Shown piece after piece: positions 18,662 to 25,729 of a stretch of DNA of 44,709 bases (within the stretch, counting starts at the first letter, position 1; every line of letters starts with the position of its first letter). The notes under the pieces were generated by a model. It searched no databases, was not told where the DNA came from, and worked only from the letters and a program-made list of their open reading frames with translations. A program made the position numbers and the translations under genes. The stretch lies in the UHGV virus genome UHGV-0231863; one strand, given 5' to 3'. This DNA is from a virus.

Positions 18662-19478
18662 TTACCGCCCCCATGAATGCCTTTATAAATTCAGCGGCTA
18701 CTTGCGGGACGATGGCATTGCCGTAACCGCGCAATCGTCCCACTCTTGCGGGTATCCCATTAGCCAGCGGGAATGCGCCGGGTTCAACCGGCCGGAACTT
18801 TCCATCACGGCATCCGAGCCAGTCAGCATCTGACCAGAAGCCGTGGTGCGGGTTGGTTGACTCGCTTTCAATCCCTGCTCTGTTGAGTAGTCCAGCCTGT
18901 CGAATGTTCTGTCCCTCCCGTCCGTGCGAATCACTGTCTCTCCGCTCCCTCTGAAGTCGTTCGCTGTCGGTGTAGGCCAGTTCGTGCGCGCCAAAGAAGA
19001 GTCGTTCTCTTTTGTGCGGTGCGCCGACGCTACAAGCTGGGAGTACAGCAAACCCGACGGCGTAGTCTTCTCCTTCCAGGTGAGCTTGTAAATCGCACAT
19101 CCACGATTTTGCAATTGCTGCCGCAACCTGCTCCCCAAAGATGACTGGAGGGCGGCACTCGCTGATGAGGTCGAGGAAGACCGGCGCGAGGTGTCTCGGG
19201 TCGAACTGTCCGAGTTGTTTTCCTGCCGTGCTAAACGGTTGGCAAGGCGGGCTTCCCGTCCAGAGAGGCGTATCCTCCGAAACTCCCGCAAGTCTGAGCG
19301 CGAGAGGCCAGCCGCCGATACCAGCGAAAAAATGACACTGGGTGAACCCGTCAAGGTCTTCTGGCTTAACTTCGGTAATGCTTCTTTCATCTACAACTCC
19401 AAAAGGTATGTGACCCTGTTTTATCAACTCACGCAGCCACGCGGCTGCGCCTTTATCCCATTCATTGTAATAGTTCAT
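18654..19478 (-). CDS. DNA (cytosine-5)-methyltransferase
   Basis: Motif I FFAGIGGW, motif [10 protein letters not shown], motif [12 protein letters not shown], motif [11 protein letters not shown]. Confidence 0.85.
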   Translation of the reverse strand: MNYYNEWDKGAAAWLRELIKQGHIPFGVVDERSITEVKPEDLDGFTQCHFFAGIGGWPLALRLAGVSEDTPLWTGSPPCQPFSTAGKQLGQFDPRHLAPVFLDLISECRPPVIFGEQVAAAIAKSWMCDLQAHLEGEDYAVGFAVLPACSVGAPHKRERLFFGAHELAYTDSERLQRERRDSDSHGREGQNIRQAGLLNRAGIESESTNPHHGFWSDADWLGCRDGKFRPVEPGAFPLANGIPARVGRLRGYGNAIVPQVAAEFIKAFMGAVNE

Positions 19479-19666
19479 TTCGCCACCAGAACTAACTCTT
19501 TACGCCCGAACGCCGTAACGTTACCGGTTACATCTTCGATAACCAGTTTACCGTTTGACTCGACGTACACCGTATCAACGGCAACAGGGTGGCGGGTCTT
19601 AACGTTGAAAATCATATCGCCGGGTACGATCTCGCGTGCTGGTTTGCGGTCATATTCGTGTTTCAT
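19475..19666 (-). CDS. hypothetical protein
   Basis: 63-aa ORF with AAGGA SD; internal promoter just upstream. Confidence 0.4.
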   Translation of the reverse strand: MKHEYDRKPAREIVPGDMIFNVKTRHPVAVDTVYVESNGKLVIEDVTGNVTAFGRKELVLVAK

Positions 19667-19696
19667 TTCTCAATTCCTTATATTGTTGGTGTATGA

Positions 19697-19981
19697 CTAA
19701 CTATAATAGTTCGCTATTAGGTCGTCAACCTGTTTAAACGAACCAACGACAAAAACATTCGCACCACGTTTACGCATACGCTCGTGCTCACGTAACTGGT
19801 GTGGGTCTGGCTTCGTGTTTTCGTCTTTCTTAACCTCGACGAACAAGACGATGCCGACGGGTAGAATTACCAGCAGGTCTGGGGCGCCGGAACGCCCCTC
19901 GTAGGAGAGTTTGCGAACGAGGCCGCCAAGGGCCTCTAATCGGTCTTTTGCGTATTTCTGTACGCGGCCCTCTTTAGTCAT
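19697..19981 (-). CDS. VRR-NUC domain nuclease
   Basis: GAPDLLVI...VEVK...Q motif pattern of the PD-(D/E)XK VRR-NUC family; start taken at internal Met of the track ORF. Confidence 0.7.
   Translation of the reverse strand: MTKEGRVQKYAKDRLEALGGLVRKLSYEGRSGAPDLLVILPVGIVLFVEVKKDENTKPDPHQLREHERMRKRGANVFVVGSFKQVDDLIANYYS
19700..19728 (-). promoter_or_regulatory. promoter TTGACG-17-TATAGT with operator AATAGttcgCTATT (19705-19718)
   Basis: Read on minus strand; overlaps 3' end of VRR-NUC gene, upstream of 19475..19666. Confidence 0.5.
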
Positions 19982-20130
19982 GAGCGTAGATCCCAAGTAA
20001 GGAAAGCCCCTCCTAGAACGGCGACACCGACAAACTTAAAGAACAGGCCGTAACAGAACATCGCGGCTATTCCCGCACCGAGTAACAGCGCGAGCATGGT
20101 TACTATCGTCCAAAATACAAACATTGTCAT
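19978..20130 (-). CDS. small membrane protein (approximate coordinates)
   Basis: ~50-codon hydrophobic ORF read by eye; stop overlaps VRR-NUC start. Confidence 0.3.
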   Translation of the reverse strand: MTMFVFWTIVTMLALLLGAGIAAMFCYGLFFKFVGVAVLGGAFLTWDLRS

Positions 20131-20212
20131 AATACGCACCCCTCACGTTTCGTATGTTCAATACCACAGCGCGGGCAGATTCGACAGTCTTCTTCATAAA
20201 ACCAGTAAATTT

Positions 20213-20344
20213 TCATTCCAGCACCCACAGATAAATTGCGATGAACATGCCCAATATGGCAACCATCATGACGTATTGACCCTCGTGACAGTAAACACCG
20301 GCGGCGAATCCAGCCAGTACCGCGATAATCAGTTTACTTAGCAT
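20213..20344 (-). CDS. small membrane protein (approximate coordinates)
   Basis: ~43-codon hydrophobic ORF overlapping the polymerase stop; a further ~30-codon Cys-containing ORF (~20124..20216) lies between the two. Confidence 0.3.
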   Translation of the reverse strand: MLSKLIIAVLAGFAAGVYCHEGQYVMMVAILGMFIAIYLWVLE

Positions 20345-22514
20345 AACGCTTCATCTCCGCACCTTCTGCTACAAGAGGGAAGCCTTCTGCCCACTCAGGC
20401 AACGCACACATTAATTTCTCCAGTTCATCTACATTGTATTCCGGTAAATCTGGTGTCTCGCAGATAATCTCATCGTGTACGTGAAGAACAATCGGGTAGC
20501 CGTTTGCTTCGACGTTCAGCAGTGCATTAGCCAACAAATCACGGCACAGCGCCTGAGTGCAGTTTTCCACCAGTTTACCAGAGTAGGTGTACTGGAAGCC
20601 CCACTGACGGGTTAACTGGTTTTCGCCCTGGTACTTGATGCGCACGTTGGTAGACACCTTCCCGTCTTCGTCTGTCTCTTTCGACACGCTTAGCCCAACA
20701 CCCGGATAAGACATAACGCGGCCCGACGGCAACGTCATCCGCAACCACCAACCGGCGACTTTGTTGCCGTTGTTGTCCGTTTCTACGTTGCGCGAAAACT
20801 TAACTCCCCGCGGCCCTGCGGTGAACTCTTTGCCCGGATTGCGGATAGCTGCCATAGCTGCGTCTTCAATATCCCGCCAGAAAGCTACTGTTTCCGGGTG
20901 TGACTCACGCCACATACGCTTGATAGCGTCGCAGGTACGCCACACTTTCTTATCAAGAATATAAGATGGTCGGTCATCATTTTCACCTGGACGTGGCGGT
21001 CGCTTGGCTTCCTGAATACGCGCCCACTCATATCCACGTGCGGTAGCAGCCCAGATGTGGTCGGGGAAAGTCCCGTCCATTGTTTTTGTCATATCAACAA
21101 GGTCAAGGCCGAGGTTCTTGGCGAACTGTACGAATGCGCCGACACCACCCGCGTAGCCAAGTCCAAGTTCGCATGCCTTACCAATCTGGCGTAAGTCTTT
21201 ACGTTCTTTCTTAATGTAATCCGGCCCCATGCCGAACATCTTGCCTGCGGTTACGCAGTAAATATCCAGCCCGGCACGGAACGTATCAAGCGCGGTTTCT
21301 TCGCCAGCCAGCCACGCCAAACCCCGGCCTTCAACGTTCGAGTAGTCGGCGACGACAAACTTATGTCCGGCTTCCGGGATAATGCAGCTGCGAACCGTAG
21401 ATGCCGTTAGCTTGGCTACATCAAAACGGCGATGTGCTCGGCCCTTAAGTAATGCTGAAATACCTTTATCCAGTTCATCATCGTGATAGTACCCACGCGC
21501 CAGGTTCTGCGGCTGGAAGCCTTTACCCGCAAATCGTAACGTACGTTTAGCTCCACCATACTGGATGCAACCGCGACGGCGGTCGTCAGACGAGCGGCCT
21601 AACAGCAGCGGGTTATATTTCGTTGACGCAGTGGATGCCGCCCCGAGGCGCATTTCTATAATCGTGCGGGCGTCGTCCGGTAAATCATCGTCAGCAAGCA
21701 GGTCGTTAAGCGTAGACTTCTGCGCGTTGTGGATGCGATGCGCAGGCGCCAGTTCACGCAGAATCGGCAGGAAGTCCTTACCTGTAAGCGAGCCGCCGTA
21801 TTTACGTTGGGCTTCTTCCTGTAACTGTGCCTTGTGTTTCTCCACAGCTTCAATTGCGGCTTCCGCCAGCGCAACGTCGACCTTAAACCCGCGGTCGTTA
21901 ATTAACTGGTCCAGTTCCAGTACACGGTCTTCGAACTCGGAGTTACCCCAACGCGGCAACTTATGGAACACTTCACGCATCGCGGTGATGTCGCTAACGG
22001 CGTACTTGATGAACAGCGCCCACTCATCCGGGTGCGTTTCAGCAGTGTAGCGGCGAATTTTGTAGTTCTTCGGCGTCGGTTTAGAGAAACGCTGAATAAG
22101 CGCTTTGCCTCGTTTGTCTTTCGCGTTGTCTGCAGACACGCCAAGCACTTCGCACAATGCGTCGAGTGAACCCGGCAGCGCGTGACGAAACGCCCAAATC
22201 ATCGTATCAATGGTGTTGCTTACGGGAATATCAAAGCCCCAGCAGTGTTTCATGATGAGCCTGTCGAACATTGAGCCGTTGTGCCATACCATCTTAATGC
22301 GACTATTTGGTTTCACCAGACGGCGTAACGCGCGGTGCAAATCCCCCGGCATGTCGCTGCCGTCTGTGCAATCCCATACCCGCACAGGCTCGTCGTCAAA
22401 AGCATATGTACAAATAAGGACTTCGGTAGTTGGATGCTCAGCGTAAGCGTAGGAACCAACTTTCTTCAAATCGGCTTCGGAGAATGTTTCAAAGTCTAAG
22501 AACAGGTAACTCAT
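20334..22514 (-). CDS. family A DNA polymerase (Pol I-like, with 3'-5' exonuclease)
   Basis: N-terminal exo motif LFLDFETFS; pol motif A VVADYSNVE, motif B RQIGKACELGLGYAGG, motif C HVHDEII. Confidence 0.9.
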   Translation of the reverse strand: MSYLFLDFETFSEADLKKVGSYAYAEHPTTEVLICTYAFDDEPVRVWDCTDGSDMPGDLHRALRRLVKPNSRIKMVWHNGSMFDRLIMKHCWGFDIPVSNTIDTMIWAFRHALPGSLDALCEVLGVSADNAKDKRGKALIQRFSKPTPKNYKIRRYTAETHPDEWALFIKYAVSDITAMREVFHKLPRWGNSEFEDRVLELDQLINDRGFKVDVALAEAAIEAVEKHKAQLQEEAQRKYGGSLTGKDFLPILRELAPAHRIHNAQKSTLNDLLADDDLPDDARTIIEMRLGAASTASTKYNPLLLGRSSDDRRRGCIQYGGAKRTLRFAGKGFQPQNLARGYYHDDELDKGISALLKGRAHRRFDVAKLTASTVRSCIIPEAGHKFVVADYSNVEGRGLAWLAGEETALDTFRAGLDIYCVTAGKMFGMGPDYIKKERKDLRQIGKACELGLGYAGGVGAFVQFAKNLGLDLVDMTKTMDGTFPDHIWAATARGYEWARIQEAKRPPRPGENDDRPSYILDKKVWRTCDAIKRMWRESHPETVAFWRDIEDAAMAAIRNPGKEFTAGPRGVKFSRNVETDNNGNKVAGWWLRMTLPSGRVMSYPGVGLSVSKETDEDGKVSTNVRIKYQGENQLTRQWGFQYTYSGKLVENCTQALCRDLLANALLNVEANGYPIVLHVHDEIICETPDLPEYNVDELEKLMCALPEWAEGFPLVAEGAEMKRYAK

Positions 22515-22534
22515 TATTTTCGACCCTTAGTAAA

Positions 22535-22554
22535 AAGGCCCAATGAAGGGCCTT
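22535..22554 (-). terminator. intra-operon hairpin (attenuator-like)
   Basis: AAGGCCC-aatgaa-GGGCCTT between SSB-like gene and polymerase. Confidence 0.35.
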
Positions 22555-22573
22555 AGTTAAATTGATTCAGATA

Positions 22574-23200
22574 TTAACGGCGACGACGTTCGCGGCGCGG
22601 TGCTTCATCCTCTTCATCGTCTTCAAGGTCATCGACGCTTGCGGCTACTTTAGAACCGCCAAACGCTTTACCTTCACCAACGTATTTAATAGCCAGCAGG
22701 TTAACGCCGAGGACTTTGTATTTCTGGCTGAACCAGATTTCAACGCTTACGTTAGCGACGCAGCCGCTGTAAACCTGTTCACCTTCAATCTGTTCGCCGT
22801 CTACATTGAAGTCCTGTTCTACCTGAGTCTCGCCTTTTTTAGAGGTTACAATCAGTGGCTGTTTCTGTGCCTTCGCCTTGAAGTAGAAGCCTTCCGGGAA
22901 GTCTTCAAACGGATTGTCGCGCTCGGCAATGTCTTTAATCGCACATTTATCCATGTGCTTACCTTCGCCGTAGTTGGACTTCATCCACTTCTCAGCGGCA
23001 GCTGCGCCCAACGCTTCTTCAACCACAGCGTAAACGGTGTCGTAGAGCGCGTCGATTTGTGCGTGGTCAGACGGCAGGATGATAGTCGCGCTGTACTGGC
23101 CTTTAGTGATTGAGCCATCATCGTTTTCACGGTCTTTTTCGCGTTCGAATACGTTAACCCATGCAGTGTTTACTTTACGCAGATTCAGTTTAATACCCAT
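22574..23200 (-). CDS. putative ssDNA-binding protein (DUF2815-like, acidic C-terminal tail)
   Basis: Acidic C-terminal tail DDLEDDEEDE typical of phage SSBs; sits next to a Cas4-like nuclease. Confidence 0.4.
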   Translation of the reverse strand: MGIKLNLRKVNTAWVNVFEREKDRENDDGSITKGQYSATIILPSDHAQIDALYDTVYAVVEEALGAAAAEKWMKSNYGEGKHMDKCAIKDIAERDNPFEDFPEGFYFKAKAQKQPLIVTSKKGETQVEQDFNVDGEQIEGEQVYSGCVANVSVEIWFSQKYKVLGVNLLAIKYVGEGKAFGGSKVAASVDDLEDDEEDEAPRRERRRR

Positions 23201-23253
23201 CGTGATTTCTCGCTTTTCAGTTTACTCCGGGAACTGCCCGGCCAGTGATTAGA

Positions 23254-23282
23254 ACTATAATAGCTAGCTATTCAGGTGTCAA
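23254..23282 (-). promoter_or_regulatory. promoter TTGACA-17-TATAGT with perfect 14-bp palindrome AATAGCTAGCTATT (23259-23272)
   Basis: Minus strand, intergenic between nuclease and SSB-like genes. Confidence 0.6.
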
Positions 23283-23286
23283 CACT

Positions 23287-24537
23287 TTATTCCGAATCTT
23301 CTTCACTAACCTGATTCCACTCAGGACGTTTGTCGTCTGCCGTTGCGACACATGGTGCGCCTGGCTTACGGGTAATAAACGGCTCAAGCGCTGCCATCTC
23401 ATCCGCAGAAAGAACTTTTGCTGCCTCCGTAGGGGACATCAATACCTCTTTTTTGAGAATGTCGCCGTGTGACACTTCAATCGCATCGGCATCTTTCCAC
23501 GCACGATTGCCCGGGCGACCTTCTACCAGTTTGTACCCTGGCACTTTCTTACCGGAATGCAATGCGGCGGACATCGCTTTCTCAACCTTGTCGATGTGCT
23601 GGCGTAACAGCGGCAACTTCTCATACTCAACTACGAGTTGCTCCGTCGTCAGTTCCAGCACAAAGTCGTCTTCAAGTTCTTCCGCCAGTACAGAATTAAC
23701 CGTCTTTGTACGCGCGGCACACTGTTCAGAGAACCGGCACCACTGGCAACCATCGACCGACGGTTTAAAGTCCGACGCTTTCAGGTTCTTCTTTCCACGG
23801 AAATAAGCATCAAGCGCTAACAGTGCCCGTTTCTGTGCGAACTTAGCGAACAGTTCCAGACCTTCGACCGAGATGTCCCACTCTGACGCACCCCCCGCGT
23901 ACGGCTGGAAGATGACCAGGCGCACTACTGTGATGTTATAACGTCTCTTGAGTCGGCGATAAACACCGAGAGCGTAAAGCATAAGCTGCTTGTTTTCTTT
24001 CGCTTCGACGCGATGCCGTCCTGTTTTCAGGTCACCAATAATGAGCATGTGCTCGTCGGTGTTTGCCAGTTCCTGTACGGCAACAAGGTCAGCAGTTCCG
24101 AACGTTTCAACGCCTTCGTAGCCTGGGTGCAACACCTCAGTAAGATTGACGCGCATTTCCAGCTTAGCGTAAGTCGCTACGTCGATAATCGCTTTGCAGT
24201 AGTCGGTGTACTTGCGCACCTGCTCAATCATGTCCGCCGTAATCAGTACCGCGCCTTTCATTGGGCTGATTAGCGCCTTAATCTGGCCTTTACCTTCATC
24301 CAGCACGTAAGCGCCGACTTCACGCTCTAATGGCAGAGCAGTGCCTTTGATGTACTGGTTAAGGTGCATCTCCGCTATGGTGTGGCATGCAGTCCCTGTA
24401 ACGGCGGCTTTACCAGACGTGTTGGGAATATCTTTCTCACAGGCCAGTGATGCACTGCACGCCAGCCACTTTTTAGCGCCAGACGGCGACAGTAAGGCGT
24501 GCACATCGTTATTGCCGCCGCGTTCCTTTAAAATCAT
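23287..24537 (-). CDS. PD-(D/E)XK exonuclease, Cas4/RecB-like (DUF2800-like)
   Basis: N-terminal LSPSGAKKWLACSAS, central IGDLKTG nuclease core, C-terminal Cys cluster CQWCRFSEQC. Confidence 0.7.
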   Translation of the reverse strand: MILKERGGNNDVHALLSPSGAKKWLACSASLACEKDIPNTSGKAAVTGTACHTIAEMHLNQYIKGTALPLEREVGAYVLDEGKGQIKALISPMKGAVLITADMIEQVRKYTDYCKAIIDVATYAKLEMRVNLTEVLHPGYEGVETFGTADLVAVQELANTDEHMLIIGDLKTGRHRVEAKENKQLMLYALGVYRRLKRRYNITVVRLVIFQPYAGGASEWDISVEGLELFAKFAQKRALLALDAYFRGKKNLKASDFKPSVDGCQWCRFSEQCAARTKTVNSVLAEELEDDFVLELTTEQLVVEYEKLPLLRQHIDKVEKAMSAALHSGKKVPGYKLVEGRPGNRAWKDADAIEVSHGDILKKEVLMSPTEAAKVLSADEMAALEPFITRKPGAPCVATADDKRPEWNQVSEEDSE

Positions 24538-24806
24538 ACCCTGCTCTCCCACTGGTCAATTAAATGTCGTGTCTTATGGTCGCAGTGCATAGCCCAGCCA
24601 TACATCGACTCGAAGACGTAAAAGTCCGGTTTGGCGAAAGTCGTGCGCTTAATATGTGACACGTGGCAGCCTATGTCTTTAGGCCGTGGCACTTTGCCTA
24701 AGTACGCCATATCTTCCATCTGGTGTGCACCGGACGGCGCACGCAATAACCATAGTGCCTCTGTGTTATCCCGCCGGTCAACGGCGCGGTATAGTTGGTA
24801 AATCAT
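24534..24806 (-). CDS. hypothetical protein
   Basis: 90-aa ORF with GAGGG SD; overlaps downstream start. Confidence 0.4.
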   Translation of the reverse strand: MIYQLYRAVDRRDNTEALWLLRAPSGAHQMEDMAYLGKVPRPKDIGCHVSHIKRTTFAKPDFYVFESMYGWAMHCDHKTRHLIDQWESRV

Positions 24807-24826
24807 AATCCCGACCCTCAGTTAAA

Positions 24827-24842
24827 GCGGCCCGAAGGCCGC
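24827..24842 (-). terminator. intra-operon UUCG-tetraloop hairpin
   Basis: GCGGCC-cgaa-GGCCGC on plus strand (UUCG loop on the transcribed strand). Confidence 0.3.
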
Positions 24843-24849
24843 GGGATAG

Positions 24850-25371
24850 TTATTCTTCTTCGAAATACTTGTTCTTGATTGCTGTCAGGCGCTCCAGATA
24901 CTCAGCCAGGTCTTCGTCTTTAATCGCTGCAATCTTCATCTTCTTACCGGTAAACTCTTCCAGCAGTTCGTCAGAATCGTCGCACGCGGCATCGCTTGGG
25001 CCTTCGTTAATCGCATCGTCGATAGCCTGAATCTGGTCGCGCAGAGACTGGTAATCGACTTCTTCTTTCTCTTCTTCCGGCTCTGGCGTTGGTTCCTCTA
25101 CTTTGTCCTTACGCGGCTTGCGCTTCGGCTTCTCTTCTTCTGCTGGTTTAGTGTCGACGATGTCTTCACCTTCAACCGGGATTTCTTTCGCCTTCTCGAC
25201 TTCTTCAAGTGCTTTAGCCAGTTCTTTTTTAACTGTCTCTACCCCAGTTACCGCGACGTCAACAGTCAATTCACCTACAGATTTGCTAGTCGGTTGTTTC
25301 ACACTGTTTGCAGCAATCAGTTCGTGGGCGACTACGAAACGTTCCAGTAATACCAAGAATTTCTCTAACAT
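24850..25371 (-). CDS. acidic low-complexity protein
   Basis: 173 aa, Glu/Lys/Pro-rich centre and acidic C-terminus; first gene downstream of the 25402-25431 promoter. Confidence 0.45.
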   Translation of the reverse strand: MLEKFLVLLERFVVAHELIAANSVKQPTSKSVGELTVDVAVTGVETVKKELAKALEEVEKAKEIPVEGEDIVDTKPAEEEKPKRKPRKDKVEEPTPEPEEEKEEVDYQSLRDQIQAIDDAINEGPSDAACDDSDELLEEFTGKKMKIAAIKDEDLAEYLERLTAIKNKYFEEE

Positions 25372-25401
25372 TTGTTTCTCTCCTCTCGTTTGGTATGTGT
25401 T

Positions 25402-25431
25402 AACTATAATAGCGAACTATTCACGTTGTCA
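25402..25431 (-). promoter_or_regulatory. promoter TTGACA-18-TATAGT with operator AATAGcgaaCTATT (25407-25420)
   Basis: Minus strand, divergent from XRE regulator gene; second degenerate operator AATATggtaCTATT at 25452-25465. Confidence 0.6.
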
Positions 25432-25496
25432 ATGGGCTTTTCTAAAATAATTAATATGGTACTATTCACATATCAACTGACTAAGGAGTAATTGGC

Positions 25497-25712
25497 ATGC
25501 AACCATCTGAACTAGGTATCCGTGTAGAGCAACGCCGTAAAGAACTCGGTATCTCCCAGCGCCATCTGGCTGTCCTGGCCGGTGTTTCCCAAGGCGCGAT
25601 TAACCAGCTGGCACTTGGGGTAACTCAGGACGTCCGCCCAGCGACGCTGTTTAAACTGGCGGAAGTGCTGCAAGTAGACGCCAAGTGGCTGGCGTTGGGT
25701 GAAGGGGCTTAA
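25497..25712 (+). CDS. XRE-family HTH transcriptional regulator (Cro/CI-like)
   Basis: HTH LGISQRHLAVLAGVSQGAINQLALG; divergently placed in the leftward operon next to operator palindromes. Confidence 0.8.
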   Translation: MQPSELGIRVEQRRKELGISQRHLAVLAGVSQGAINQLALGVTQDVRPATLFKLAEVLQVDAKWLALGEGA

Positions 25713-25728
25713 CGCCCCTTTATTTTTA
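25702..25728. terminator. terminator hairpin after XRE gene / end of primase gene
   Basis: AAGGGG-cttaacg-CCCCTT then TATTTTT. Confidence 0.5.
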
Positions 25729-25729
25729 C

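Noticed and set aside
18698-19390. 230-aa alternative-frame ORF on the minus strand
   Set aside because: Overlaps the methyltransferase gene in another frame; Arg/Ser-rich with no motifs, whereas the methyltransferase frame has all C5-MTase motifs.
22562-23113. 183-aa plus-strand ORF
   Set aside because: Antisense to the SSB-like gene; hydrophobic low-complexity translation, no promoter or SD.
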